Positions 48,170-57,763 of a DNA stretch of 64,000 bases are shown here, piece by piece (position 1 is the first letter of the stretch; each line of letters opens with the position of its first letter). The stretch is from Acidobacteriaceae bacterium. Its GTDB lineage: Bacteria; Acidobacteriota; Terriglobia; Terriglobales; Acidobacteriaceae. Made by a program: the position numbers and the translations under genes. A model generated the notes under the pieces. It was given only the letters and a program-made list of their open reading frames with translations, made no database searches and was not told where the DNA came from. The stretch lies in NCBI GenBank assembly GCA_027365415.1, contig DAHXNK010000001.1, forward strand, positions 6,142-70,141, written 5' to 3'.

Positions 48170-49009
48170 TTACCGCTGCAGAAAATCCAAAGCGCGGATC
48201 AGGTAAGGCTTCAACTCTTTGCGTGGCACCACGGCGTCCAACATGCCATGCTCCAGCAAAAACTCCGAGCGTTGGAAGCCTTCGGGCAATTTCTGTCGCA
48301 GGGTCTGCTCAATCACACGCGGGCCAGCAAAGCCAATCAGCGCGCCCGGCTCGGCGACATTCAGATCGCCCAGCATGGCAAAGCTGGCCGTCACGCCGCC
48401 AGTGGTGGGATCGGTGAGTACGGAAATATACGGAACCTTGGCATCATCCAACTGCGCCAACCCCGTAGAGATTTTTGCCAGTTGCATCAGGCTGGCGACA
48501 CCCTCCATCATGCGCGCGCCACCGGAGGCAGCCACGATGATGAGCGGATGGCGCGTGGCCAACGAACGATCCACAGCGCGGGCGATGGTCTCGCCCACCA
48601 CGCAGCCCATGCTGCCGCCGATAAAGGCGTACTCCATGACGCTGAGCACTACGGAGTGCGGCCCCAGCTTGCCCAGCGCATTGATGATCGCATCGTTCAG
48701 GCCCGTATCCTGCCGCGCCTTCTGCAATCGCGCCTTGTAGGATTTTAGATCGGAAAATTCCAGTGGATCGGTGGAGCGCAACTCCAGATCGACCAGAGCG
48801 TAGCCCGACTCCAGCAGGCTGTCGATGCGCTCCCGCGCCGATAGGCGAAAGTGCCGCCCGCACTTGGGGCAAACATTCAGGTTGGCTTCAAGTTCTGCCT
48901 TCCAGACAACTTGGCGACAGCCCTCGCACTTGATCCAAAGACCCTCCGTGCGGACGCTCTTCTCGCCATTGGCCATAATTTCGTTCTCGCTTCGCTTAAA
49001 CCAGGACAT
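48170..49009 (-). CDS. accD: acetyl-CoA carboxylase carboxyltransferase beta subunit
   Basis: Zinc ribbon 'CEGCRQV...CPKCGRH' and 'GGSMG', 'GGARMMEG'. Confidence 0.95.
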   Translation of the reverse strand: MSWFKRSENEIMANGEKSVRTEGLWIKCEGCRQVVWKAELEANLNVCPKCGRHFRLSARERIDSLLESGYALVDLELRSTDPLEFSDLKSYKARLQKARQDTGLNDAIINALGKLGPHSVVLSVMEYAFIGGSMGCVVGETIARAVDRSLATRHPLIIVAASGGARMMEGVASLMQLAKISTGLAQLDDAKVPYISVLTDPTTGGVTASFAMLGDLNVAEPGALIGFAGPRVIEQTLRQKLPEGFQRSEFLLEHGMLDAVVPRKELKPYLIRALDFLQR

Positions 49010-49185
49010 GCACTTCCTATCCTACCTGTTCTGTCCGCCGAGCAGCACCTCCACCACGCGAGCCGGGTCTAACATGCCGTAGCCGATGGTGTTTATCGGG
49101 ATGGATCCGCGTCGCGCGTCCGTCATATAAAAACAAGCTATCAGCTATTCGCTCCTGGCTGGTAGCTGAATCAATTTAGATCAAT

Positions 49186-52083
49186 TTAGAAAGAAGTGCT
49201 GATCGTTACGCGGAAGGTTTTCCTTGGCTCCCAGATAAAATACTGCGAGCCGTAGTAGGCCAGAGCCTGCTGATATGTAAAGTCTCCCGCGCCCCCTTGC
49301 GGAAACATGCTGCGCGTAAAGATGATCTGGCGGCCCTGGTTTTGATGCAGACGCACCGGATTGTAGGCGAAGTAAATCTCAATCGGAGCATTGATAACAG
49401 GAGCCATCAGGGATATATACGGCCCCACCGACATGCGCGGCTGGATGTTGGTTCCAGGCACGGCACCCAGGCGGTTGGCGAAGGTAAACGGAATCCCACC
49501 CTGACAAGCGCCGTTGGTATAGATGGGGCAGCCGTAAAGTCCGCTGCTCATCGTTGCGGAAGCCTGTGGATTCTCCAGCAATTGGTTATGGTTCAAGGCC
49601 ATGTTCAAACCCAAGTCGTCATAGAACGCAAAGGTGACTGGCCCGGCGATGGGGATGCGATATTCCATGTTGCTGGTAATTTCTGTATCGCCACCGATCG
49701 GCGAGAGCGCGTAGATCGGCAGCGGAATCTGCACCGAACCCAGGCTTGGATTTGTCGGGTCTTTAGGCACCAGCGTGCCGTCGGGGTTGGTCAGATTAAA
49801 GAGCACCTTGGTGGGAATAAACGCATACGGGGTCACAGAGCGAATGTCGAAGCCGCGCAAGTCGTTTTCGCCGCCCGTGAAGAAGCGGTCGAAGGGCGGG
49901 GCAACCAGTCCGGCGATTCCCTGCACATACGATGCCTGGATGCGATAGCCGAAGATATTGCGTCCGTCGGGATCGAAGTGAAACATGTGGATCGGCCTGA
50001 AAAACTTATATTCCACCGTCGGATTGATGAAGCTGACATTGCCGCCCAATCCCGAACCTTGCAGCACGAATGAAAAGCTTTTTCCCGTGCGAGGCCGATA
50101 AGGGTCGCCGATGGTGTCATACATGAAGCTCAACGACAACTGGCTGGTGACAATGCCATTGAGTGCCGTTTGTCCTGTGGTTCCATGACGGAAGTTCAGG
50201 AACTGAAACAGATTGGACGTAGCTGGACTGAATGCCTGAACGTTGGAGGTATTCAGCGAGTATGTGGCTCCGATACGCTTGAAGGTACGCCGAATCGGGT
50301 AGCCTGCGGAGACGGTAAGACCCGTCTGCGACTGGTTGAAGCTTTGGATTGTCGATTGCTGCGCGGTATCGAAGTTTGCGTTGCCGCCGCCCAGCGCGTG
50401 GTAGCTCTTGGTGGCGTTGTAATCCGTATTTTGATGGACAATCTGGAAGCCTAGGCTCAGCGGGCGATTGCCGAAGTATGGCTCGGTGAAGCCGAAGGTG
50501 ATGTTGCGCTGCAAATCGCCGATAGATGCCTGCAGGCTGAGCGTTTCGCCGAGTCCCAAAAAGTTATTCGTCTGATAGTTGGCGCCGAGGAATGCTCCCG
50601 ACAGACCGCTGAAACCACCGTTCAAGCCGATGCTGTTTTTGCCCTTTTCGTGAACCTTCAACAACAGATCAACCGTGCCATTATCGGCATCCTGATGTGT
50701 CTCTGAATCCTGATCGGCCTTCAGGGGATTGAAATAATTGAGCTGATTCAACCGCAACAAACTCAACTCCCAAAGGCGGCTGTTGTACACCTGGCCTTCC
50801 TCGACCAGCAGCTCGCGGCGAATCACGCGATCCCGCGTGATGGTATTGCCGCGGAATTCAATGCGGGAGATGTAGTACGGTTTCCCCTCATCAATATCAA
50901 TGTTCAAAAAGACCAGCTTCTTGGCTTCGTCTATGCGCGGCGTCGGCACGGCGGTGAAATTGATATAGCCCAGGGTGCCGTAAGCCTTGCGCATATTCTC
51001 CAGCCCCTTGCCGATCAACGTCGAGTTAAAGATATCTCCGTCCTTCAGCTTGAAGAGAGCACGCAGCGCCTTCGCATTGCTGACGGCCTTGTTTCCGGTG
51101 AAGGTGATGCCGCCCAGCCGATACCGCTCTCCCTCTTCGATCGGCATGGTAATGTCCATAACCTTGCCCTTGCGCGGGCGTAAGGTGAAAATGGAAATAC
51201 CGCCCTGATTGCGAATATGCGTCTCCGGCTGATCCACGCTGGCCTTAAAGTAGCCGCGGTCGCGCAGAGCCTGACGCACGCGCTCGGTATCTTCTTCGAG
51301 CTTGGCCTCATCGTAGGTGCGCGCGAACAGATTTTCCAGGAAAAAGGAATCCGGGATGCCAATCGGCTTGAGGTTCTTCATGGCGCGGCGCAGTACGCGG
51401 CTGGGGACATCCGTGTTGCCCTCAAATCGGATGTGTCCCACCTTGACCGTCGGCCCTTCCTTGATGATGAAGTTGACGGAAACGGAGGCCGGAGGAATCG
51501 TTTTCACTTCTGTCCGAATGGTGGCGAATTGATGCCCATGCTCAGCCAATAACCCCTTCAACACCGTTTCGGCCCGCTTGATCTTGGTGGGATCGTACTG
51601 GCTCTCCACGGTGAGGCCCACCTTTGCCTTCTTGAAACGCTCCAGCACGTCGGACTGGGAGACGGCGTTGAGGCCCTTGTAATTAATTTCGCGGATGGTG
51701 GGACGCTCGCGAACAATCACCGTCAGAATGATGCCACTGGGCGACTCTTCCTTGTCAATCTGCACATTCTCAAAATAACCCGTGTTCCAAAGCGAGTTGA
51801 AATCACGCTCGATGGTCTGCGGGTCATAGGTGTCGCCTACCTTGGTAAACATGCGCGCAAGAATGGTCTCTTTGGGAATGCGGCGGTTGCCGATGACGCG
51901 AATTTCGCTGACGACATTCAACTGCGCCAATTGCGCCGACTGCGCCCAAAGCGTACAGGCAGCACCCAGGATGACCAGCAGCAACGCCAGAAACTTGGCC
52001 GCTCTGCGTGCCCGGTGGCGCACAGTCGTGGACGGTTGGGTTGGGACGCAAAAGCCCCCTACGCTGACGGGAAAAATAAGCAC
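49186..52083 (-). CDS. bamA: outer membrane protein assembly factor BamA
   Basis: 965 aa with POTRA repeats ('IRVIGNRRIPKETI', 'IRFEGNTDV', 'ITFTGNKAV', 'IEFRGNTITRDRVIRREL') and an Omp85 barrel ending in F. Confidence 0.9.
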   Translation of the reverse strand: MLIFPVSVGGFCVPTQPSTTVRHRARRAAKFLALLLVILGAACTLWAQSAQLAQLNVVSEIRVIGNRRIPKETILARMFTKVGDTYDPQTIERDFNSLWNTGYFENVQIDKEESPSGIILTVIVRERPTIREINYKGLNAVSQSDVLERFKKAKVGLTVESQYDPTKIKRAETVLKGLLAEHGHQFATIRTEVKTIPPASVSVNFIIKEGPTVKVGHIRFEGNTDVPSRVLRRAMKNLKPIGIPDSFFLENLFARTYDEAKLEEDTERVRQALRDRGYFKASVDQPETHIRNQGGISIFTLRPRKGKVMDITMPIEEGERYRLGGITFTGNKAVSNAKALRALFKLKDGDIFNSTLIGKGLENMRKAYGTLGYINFTAVPTPRIDEAKKLVFLNIDIDEGKPYYISRIEFRGNTITRDRVIRRELLVEEGQVYNSRLWELSLLRLNQLNYFNPLKADQDSETHQDADNGTVDLLLKVHEKGKNSIGLNGGFSGLSGAFLGANYQTNNFLGLGETLSLQASIGDLQRNITFGFTEPYFGNRPLSLGFQIVHQNTDYNATKSYHALGGGNANFDTAQQSTIQSFNQSQTGLTVSAGYPIRRTFKRIGATYSLNTSNVQAFSPATSNLFQFLNFRHGTTGQTALNGIVTSQLSLSFMYDTIGDPYRPRTGKSFSFVLQGSGLGGNVSFINPTVEYKFFRPIHMFHFDPDGRNIFGYRIQASYVQGIAGLVAPPFDRFFTGGENDLRGFDIRSVTPYAFIPTKVLFNLTNPDGTLVPKDPTNPSLGSVQIPLPIYALSPIGGDTEITSNMEYRIPIAGPVTFAFYDDLGLNMALNHNQLLENPQASATMSSGLYGCPIYTNGACQGGIPFTFANRLGAVPGTNIQPRMSVGPYISLMAPVINAPIEIYFAYNPVRLHQNQGRQIIFTRSMFPQGGAGDFTYQQALAYYGSQYFIWEPRKTFRVTISTSF

Positions 52084-52361
52084 ACCCTCACTGCAAAAAA
52101 TCGATTCCTGAGGAAAAGACGATTATACGGGACGAAGCCGCAGCTTCCCAAGGCGCACCGCATTGTCCTCAATTTCTCTGGTTTGGCGCTACCCAATTTC
52201 ACTTGTCTTGCTTCCATGCGAACCCTTCGCAACTCCGTGAAAATGGCGGCTCCGTGAAAATTATGAACACATAGGTACACAACTACCGCCTGCAAAAAGG
52301 CCGCTCCTCAAAAGGAACGGCCTTGGCCGCTGGCGGCAAGAAACTCTGCTCCCCCGCGTAA

Positions 52362-52970
52362 TCAGACCTGCATGACTTCCTTTTCCTTGGCCTTGCACAT
52401 CTCTTCCATACGCTTGATCTCTTCATCGGTCAGCTTCTGCATCTCATCGAGCGAACGCTTCTCTTCATCTTCAGAGATTTTCTTTTCCTTGGCGGCTTTT
52501 TTGATCAGGTCATTGCCGTCCCGGCGGATATTGCGGACGCCCGTGCGATGGTCTTCCAAAACCTTATTGAGCTGCTTGACCACTTCGCGCCGCCGCTCCT
52601 CATTCATCGGGGGAATCGGCACGCGAATCACCTTGCCGTCATTTTGCGGATTAAATTCCTGTTGCCCGACGCGCAAACCCTTTTCGATCTCCGCAATCAG
52701 GCTGGGATCAAAGGGCTGTACCAGCAGCATCTGCGGCTCTGGAGCGCTAATCTGCGCCACCTGATTGATCGGCATCTCCGTGCCATAGGCCATCACCTTT
52801 ACCTGCTCCAGCATGTGAACCGAGGCGCGCCCCGTGCGCGTAGAGGCCAGATTGAAGCGAAAATCCTCCACCGCCTTGTCCATACGGAGCTTGAGTTGTT
52901 GATACACATCTTTCAACGCCGGAATACCAGCCATCGCCGAGCCTGCCATCATCGTTTTCCTTTCCTGCAA
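52362..52970 (-). CDS. frr: ribosome recycling factor
   Basis: 'RTGRASVHMLEQVKV', 'NIRRDGND', 'KISEDE'. True start is probably a few codons internal. Confidence 0.93.
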   Translation of the reverse strand: MQERKTMMAGSAMAGIPALKDVYQQLKLRMDKAVEDFRFNLASTRTGRASVHMLEQVKVMAYGTEMPINQVAQISAPEPQMLLVQPFDPSLIAEIEKGLRVGQQEFNPQNDGKVIRVPIPPMNEERRREVVKQLNKVLEDHRTGVRNIRRDGNDLIKKAAKEKKISEDEEKRSLDEMQKLTDEEIKRMEEMCKAKEKEVMQV

Positions 52971-53084
52971 GGGCTAATTGTAATGGCTCCACGAGCGAAG
53001 AACCAACTCCTGCTCATGCCCACGATCCAAACATCCACAAAAAGTCCATACACAACGAACGCTTTTTAACGCACAATAGATCTG

Positions 53085-53432
53085 ATGTTCTCTTCTTCTT
53101 CATCTGGAACGCAGACCATGTTTAGCTGCTCCGTATGTACAGCGGCACAGAGCAGACGTGAGGCATTTTTTCGCGCCGGAATACGCGGCTTCTATCGCTG
53201 CTCCAGTTGTAACAGCTACCTCCAGGTCAGCGGTCGCATTACTTCGGCCATTGTCGCAGCCATTGTCGCGCTTGGCTTTGTTGTCCTCAACTGGATTGTT
53301 CCCGTCTATCCGGGCAACACCGCGCTCTGGATTGCCTTTCAGGTGGTCACCGTTCTGTTGGTATATTTCGGCTTGCTGGCGTGGTTGATGAGCGTGGATC
53401 GTCGCCAGCCCATGCGCCGCTTTATGCTGTAG
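53085..53432 (+). CDS. hypothetical zinc-ribbon membrane protein
   Basis: 'CSVC...CSSC' followed by 2 TM helices. No clear SD. Confidence 0.4.
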   Translation: MFSSSSSGTQTMFSCSVCTAAQSRREAFFRAGIRGFYRCSSCNSYLQVSGRITSAIVAAIVALGFVVLNWIVPVYPGNTALWIAFQVVTVLLVYFGLLAWLMSVDRRQPMRRFML

Positions 53433-53434
53433 CG

Positions 53435-53623
53435 CTATTTGATCTCCTGCGCTTGCGCCTTCTGCAGGAGTTGCGTGTATTTTGCCGGGCGCGGGTCGCA
53501 TAAAGAATCAGCAATGGCCTTGCGATAGCCGCCAGTGTAAATGGAATACATCACGGCTAGCGCGCATCCGACTCCGAGAAATATCCCGAAGAAAAACCCC
53601 ATTGCGATGTTCAAAGGTGTCAT
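53435..53623 (-). CDS. small membrane protein (62 aa)
   Basis: Strong SD (GGAGGAGG) 6 nt upstream of the ATG. One TM helix. Confidence 0.55.
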   Translation of the reverse strand: MTPLNIAMGFFFGIFLGVGCALAVMYSIYTGGYRKAIADSLCDPRPAKYTQLLQKAQAQEIK

Positions 53624-53807
53624 TGGCCTCCTCCGTCCACACAGAAAATCCTGTCACCCCGACCCCTTCGCTCCGCTCAAAACAGGCTCCGCTCGCGGTG
53701 GCGGATGCAGTGGAGAAGCCTAGGGTCTCATGTATTCGTATCGCAGATGTTACGGCAAAGGATCGCATTCCACAACACGCGGGCAAACGGCCATCCGCCA
53801 TATGCGC

Positions 53808-54725
53808 TCAGTGCTGTACCATCAATCCTGTCGATGTGGCTTGCTCATGCGCGTGGTACGACGAGCGCACCAGTGGGCCACTCTCCACATGTCGAAAGCC
53901 CATCCGCAGCGCCTCTTCTTTCATCCAGGCAAACTCCGCCGGAGTATAAAGTCGCGTCATCGGCAGATGATCCTTGGACGGACGCAGGTACTGCCCGATG
54001 GTTAGAATGTCCGTACCCACACGCGCCAGATCGCGATAGACATCAAGCAGCTCGTGCATCTCTTCGCCCAGACCCACCATCACGCCCGATTTCGTGACCA
54101 GCTTGGGATCGACTTCTTTCGCATACTCCAGCAGCCGCAGCGTGCGCCCATAGCGCGCCCCGGAGCGCACGGCGCGATAGAGTCGCGGCACGCTTTCCGT
54201 GTTGTGATTCAGGATTTCTGGCCGTGCCTCGACGACAATGCGAATGGCCTCTTCGTTGCCTTGAAAATCCGGGATCAGCACTTCCACCTGGCAGCCAACG
54301 GCCTGACGATGAACTTCCTCGATTACCAGAGCAAAGGCGCGCGCGCCGCCGATCACATCGTCGTCACGATTCACGCTGGTGATAACGGCGTGCTTCAACT
54401 CCAGCTTGGCGACGGCCTCGGCCACGCGGCGCGGCTCGTCAAAATCAATCGGCTCCGGGCGGCCCTTGGGCACGGCGCAAAAACCACAGCGGCGCGTGCA
54501 AAGATTGCCCAGCATCATAAAGGTGGCCGTCTTGTGATTCCAGCACTCGCCAATGTTGGGGCAGTGGGCAGATTCGCAAACCGTGTGTAGGTTCAGATCG
54601 CGGGCCAGCTTTTTCAAATTGTGATACGTCTCGCCCATCGGCGCGCGCGCCTTCAACCACTCCGGTTTTGGAGCGGGGCGCTTGGGCGAAAGATCAATCT
54701 GGATCAGATCAGTAGCTGTAGCCAT
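53808..54725 (-). CDS. lipA: lipoyl synthase
   Basis: Auxiliary cluster 'CESAHCPNIGEC' and radical-SAM 'CTRRCGFC'. Confidence 0.96.
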   Translation of the reverse strand: MATATDLIQIDLSPKRPAPKPEWLKARAPMGETYHNLKKLARDLNLHTVCESAHCPNIGECWNHKTATFMMLGNLCTRRCGFCAVPKGRPEPIDFDEPRRVAEAVAKLELKHAVITSVNRDDDVIGGARAFALVIEEVHRQAVGCQVEVLIPDFQGNEEAIRIVVEARPEILNHNTESVPRLYRAVRSGARYGRTLRLLEYAKEVDPKLVTKSGVMVGLGEEMHELLDVYRDLARVGTDILTIGQYLRPSKDHLPMTRLYTPAEFAWMKEEALRMGFRHVESGPLVRSSYHAHEQATSTGLMVQH

Positions 54726-54815
54726 AGCGAACTCTCTATTGTAGCGGTCAAAACACTCCTGCGTTTGCGCACAGCGAAGCTACGCTGTTTTTGCCTCGAA
54801 CTATAATCCGTAGGC

Positions 54816-55769
54816 ATGACGGCCGAGCGTGCACCGCAGATGGTTCAAGCCATTACCAAGGTTGATTTTGCGCCAATCCTACCGAAGCTCAAAGGTCTTT
54901 TCTTCAACCTGGAGCGAGAGATGGAACGAAAGGCAAAGAAGAATCCCGGTCATCGTTGCTTTAATCAAGCAACGATCTTTCTACAGGTCTCCACATTGAG
55001 CATCTACAACTGCTACGAATCCATCCTCTGGCTTGGCTTAGATAGGGAGGAAACCGGGAAACGGCCTAAGAACACACTCCTAACAGTTCCATCCATAACG
55101 CGCACTATGATCGACAATCTGTTTACGGTCGTCTTCATGTTCGATCAAGGAAAATTTCTACAGAATTATCTATGGTATGCCAAATCTTCCTACAGGGAGG
55201 CATGGGAGGAGTTGCAAAGGTATAAAAAAGATTTTCCTCAACACTCGGACTACATCATTTCTTTTGAAAAAAGCTTGCAAGAATATGCAGAAGGTCTCAA
55301 GAAACATCTACAAGTGTCAGATGCAGAACTATCGAATCCGAACAATTTGCCGTATTGGCCAACACTCACGCAAGCCATAAATCCCAAAAACACCAATACC
55401 AGCAACCTCACCGCCGACTGCAAAAAGTTTCTCGTGTGGCTCAATGATTGGTCGTACCGAGAAATCTCCCAAATCGCGCATCACTCGGCATGGGGTGTCA
55501 GCAAAATTGGAAGCTTTTTATTGAGAGATACGCTGAGCAAGAAAATGCAAGATCAGATTGACGGGGATAGTATTGATCGTTTTCGATTTGGCCAGATATT
55601 CAACGCCGTAACCGCGCTTTTGTGTTTCGCTACCGAAATCAATCAGCATTACAAGCTGAATCACACTGATGTCTTGCTCCTGATTTGGAAGCATCTCGAT
55701 AATGTGCCTGTAATCCAGGAGGCATGGGATGTACGTTACAAGCAATTTCTCTCGACGCAATCGCCGTAA
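54816..55769 (+). CDS. orphan all-helical protein, strongly AT-rich (possible HEPN/DUF5677-like fold, hypothesis only)
   Basis: 317 aa at about 37-38% G+C in two counted lines. TATAAT at 54802-54807 lies only 8 nt before the ATG. 'SYREISQIAHHSAWG' fits R-x6-H. Confidence 0.6.
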   Translation: MTAERAPQMVQAITKVDFAPILPKLKGLFFNLEREMERKAKKNPGHRCFNQATIFLQVSTLSIYNCYESILWLGLDREETGKRPKNTLLTVPSITRTMIDNLFTVVFMFDQGKFLQNYLWYAKSSYREAWEELQRYKKDFPQHSDYIISFEKSLQEYAEGLKKHLQVSDAELSNPNNLPYWPTLTQAINPKNTNTSNLTADCKKFLVWLNDWSYREISQIAHHSAWGVSKIGSFLLRDTLSKKMQDQIDGDSIDRFRFGQIFNAVTALLCFATEINQHYKLNHTDVLLLIWKHLDNVPVIQEAWDVRYKQFLSTQSP

Positions 55770-55816
55770 AATCTGCGGGTGAGTCAGATAGAAGAAGAAC
55801 ACGAAGTTCACCCCAG

Positions 55817-57001
55817 CTAGACTGGCGTGTCGCCTTCAGTGCCCAGAGTTACCGGCACATCCATGCGTTTCGATCCACGGAAAATGGTGATCGTAATTTT
55901 TTCACCCGACCTGTGACCATCCATAATCCCGGAAACATCCTGCGTATTCGTCACCTGCTCGCCGTCGATGGCCACAATCAAATCTCCGCCCACATAAATC
56001 GGCGTGTTGCCGAGATATGCCTTCTGCGTGCCGCCATGCAATCCAGCGCGGTCTGCCGGGCCGCCGGGAATCACGCGCTCAATCAACACGCCATACTCGG
56101 CGGGCAGGCCCATCTGGGTGGCAAGGTCAGGGCCGATAGACAGCGACACAATGCCCATCGTAGGGCGCAGCACTTTTCCGTATTGAGCAAAATCGCGCAG
56201 CACGGCCTTGGCCGTGTCGATGGGAATCGCAAAGCCAATGCCCGCATTTTGATCCGCGCCACCACCGGTGGCGATCATGGAGTTGATGCCAATCACCTCG
56301 CCGCGCGCATTCAGCATCGGTCCGCCGGAGTTGCCCGGATTGATGGCCGCATCGGTCTGGATGGCACCTTCGATCAAGTTGCCCAGCGGGCCGCGCACGC
56401 TGCGAATGGAACTGACGATGCCGCGCGTCATCGTCCCACTCAACCCAAAGGGATTACCGATGGCAAAGACCACCTGCCCCACCTGCAAGCTGCGGGAATC
56501 GGCGAGCGTGGCTGGTTGCAGATTCGGCGCATCAATCTGCAACAACGCCAGATCGTGCGCTTTGTCGGTGAGCAGCACGCGAGCCTTGTACTGGTGCTTG
56601 TCGTAGAGCGTAACCTCCACCTGGCGCGCGCCAGAGACAACGTGCAGGTTGGTCAGGATGTGCCCCTGCTTGTCCAGAAGAAATCCCGATCCCTGCCCCT
56701 GTTGCGGCACCGGGCCGTAAAAAAAATCAAAGGCCATCGTGGTGGATGTGATGTTGACCACTGACGGCAGCGCCCTCTTGTAGACAGCAACGTTTTCCTG
56801 CTCCTCCGGCGTAAGCGCGGGCGCGGCCTCGGCCTGTGTTGGGAGTGTGGTGGTGGACAAATCGCGCAGCAAATGCTGGTCAACGTTCGACAGGTTGGGA
56901 TGCAAACGCGCCGTCCATCTGCCCGTGGTTGCCGTGTGCGTTGTCACAACGTAGAAGCCGCCAAGAATGGCGATGGTCAAAAGAAGAAGACGTGCTTTCA
57001 T
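55817..57001 (-). CDS. HtrA/DegP-family serine protease with PDZ domain
   Basis: Catalytic 'TNLHVV', 'DLALL' and 'GNSGGPM', plus a C-terminal PDZ. Confidence 0.92.
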   Translation of the reverse strand: MKARLLLLTIAILGGFYVVTTHTATTGRWTARLHPNLSNVDQHLLRDLSTTTLPTQAEAAPALTPEEQENVAVYKRALPSVVNITSTTMAFDFFYGPVPQQGQGSGFLLDKQGHILTNLHVVSGARQVEVTLYDKHQYKARVLLTDKAHDLALLQIDAPNLQPATLADSRSLQVGQVVFAIGNPFGLSGTMTRGIVSSIRSVRGPLGNLIEGAIQTDAAINPGNSGGPMLNARGEVIGINSMIATGGGADQNAGIGFAIPIDTAKAVLRDFAQYGKVLRPTMGIVSLSIGPDLATQMGLPAEYGVLIERVIPGGPADRAGLHGGTQKAYLGNTPIYVGGDLIVAIDGEQVTNTQDVSGIMDGHRSGEKITITIFRGSKRMDVPVTLGTEGDTPV

Positions 57002-57040
57002 ACAAAAACGTTCCTTGCCTTCGATTGTAAAGCTGCCTGA

Positions 57041-57739
57041 TTATGTCCGCCATGCCCGCGTGATGCGTTCCACGGCGGCCTCGGTCTGCTCCAGCGGGCC
57101 GGAGTTGTCGATCACATGATCGCAACGCGGAATTTTTTCTACATCGGGAATCTGCGCGGCGATGCGGCGGCGCGTGTCTTCTTCTATGGAAAAAATCTCC
57201 GCCGGATTCAGCTCGCGTCTCAGCTCGCGCTCCCGCTCCCGGCGGACGCGATCCAGTGTGCGAGCGATTCGCAGAGTCTCCGGCGCGGTCACAAGCACCA
57301 ATTGGTCGAATCGCCGGGACAATCCTGGCGCAGTGCCGGCACGGTCAGCCTCAAAGATCAGGGCCGACTCCACCATCACAATCGCGTTGGGATCTCGCGC
57401 AAAGATTACCTGAGCGCGGCGCTCCTGTTCCGCAATCACTGGCGGATGCACGATGCGACTCAGCGCATCGATGTGGCCTGCCTTGTCTTCGCCCTGCGGC
57501 GCAAAGACATATCGAGCCAGAGCTGCGCGATCCAGTTGTCCATCTGGGTGCAGCAGCGCAGGCGCATCAAACAGCGCAGCAAAATGTTGCAGGATGGCCG
57601 CATACACGGGTTGGCCTGGCTGCATCAACTCGCGGCCAATGGCATCGGCCTCCAGCAGATGCGCGCCGCGCGCGGCAAACATGGCGGCAACGGTACTCTT
57701 GCCGCTTCCCAATCCTCCAGTCAAACCAATGCGCAGCAT
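57041..57739 (-). CDS. coaE: dephospho-CoA kinase
   Basis: 'IGLTGGLGSGKST' P-loop at the N-terminus. Confidence 0.9.
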   Translation of the reverse strand: MLRIGLTGGLGSGKSTVAAMFAARGAHLLEADAIGRELMQPGQPVYAAILQHFAALFDAPALLHPDGQLDRAALARYVFAPQGEDKAGHIDALSRIVHPPVIAEQERRAQVIFARDPNAIVMVESALIFEADRAGTAPGLSRRFDQLVLVTAPETLRIARTLDRVRRERERELRRELNPAEIFSIEEDTRRRIAAQIPDVEKIPRCDHVIDNSGPLEQTEAAVERITRAWRT

Positions 57740-57763
57740 GGCAGCTTTCTTGTTCTACAGCTT

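Noticed and set aside
49171-49190. Tandem 10-bp repeat tcaatttaga x2 at the bamA stop codon
   Set aside because: It has only two copies and overlaps the stop codon with no accompanying structure. It is most simply a trivial local duplication.
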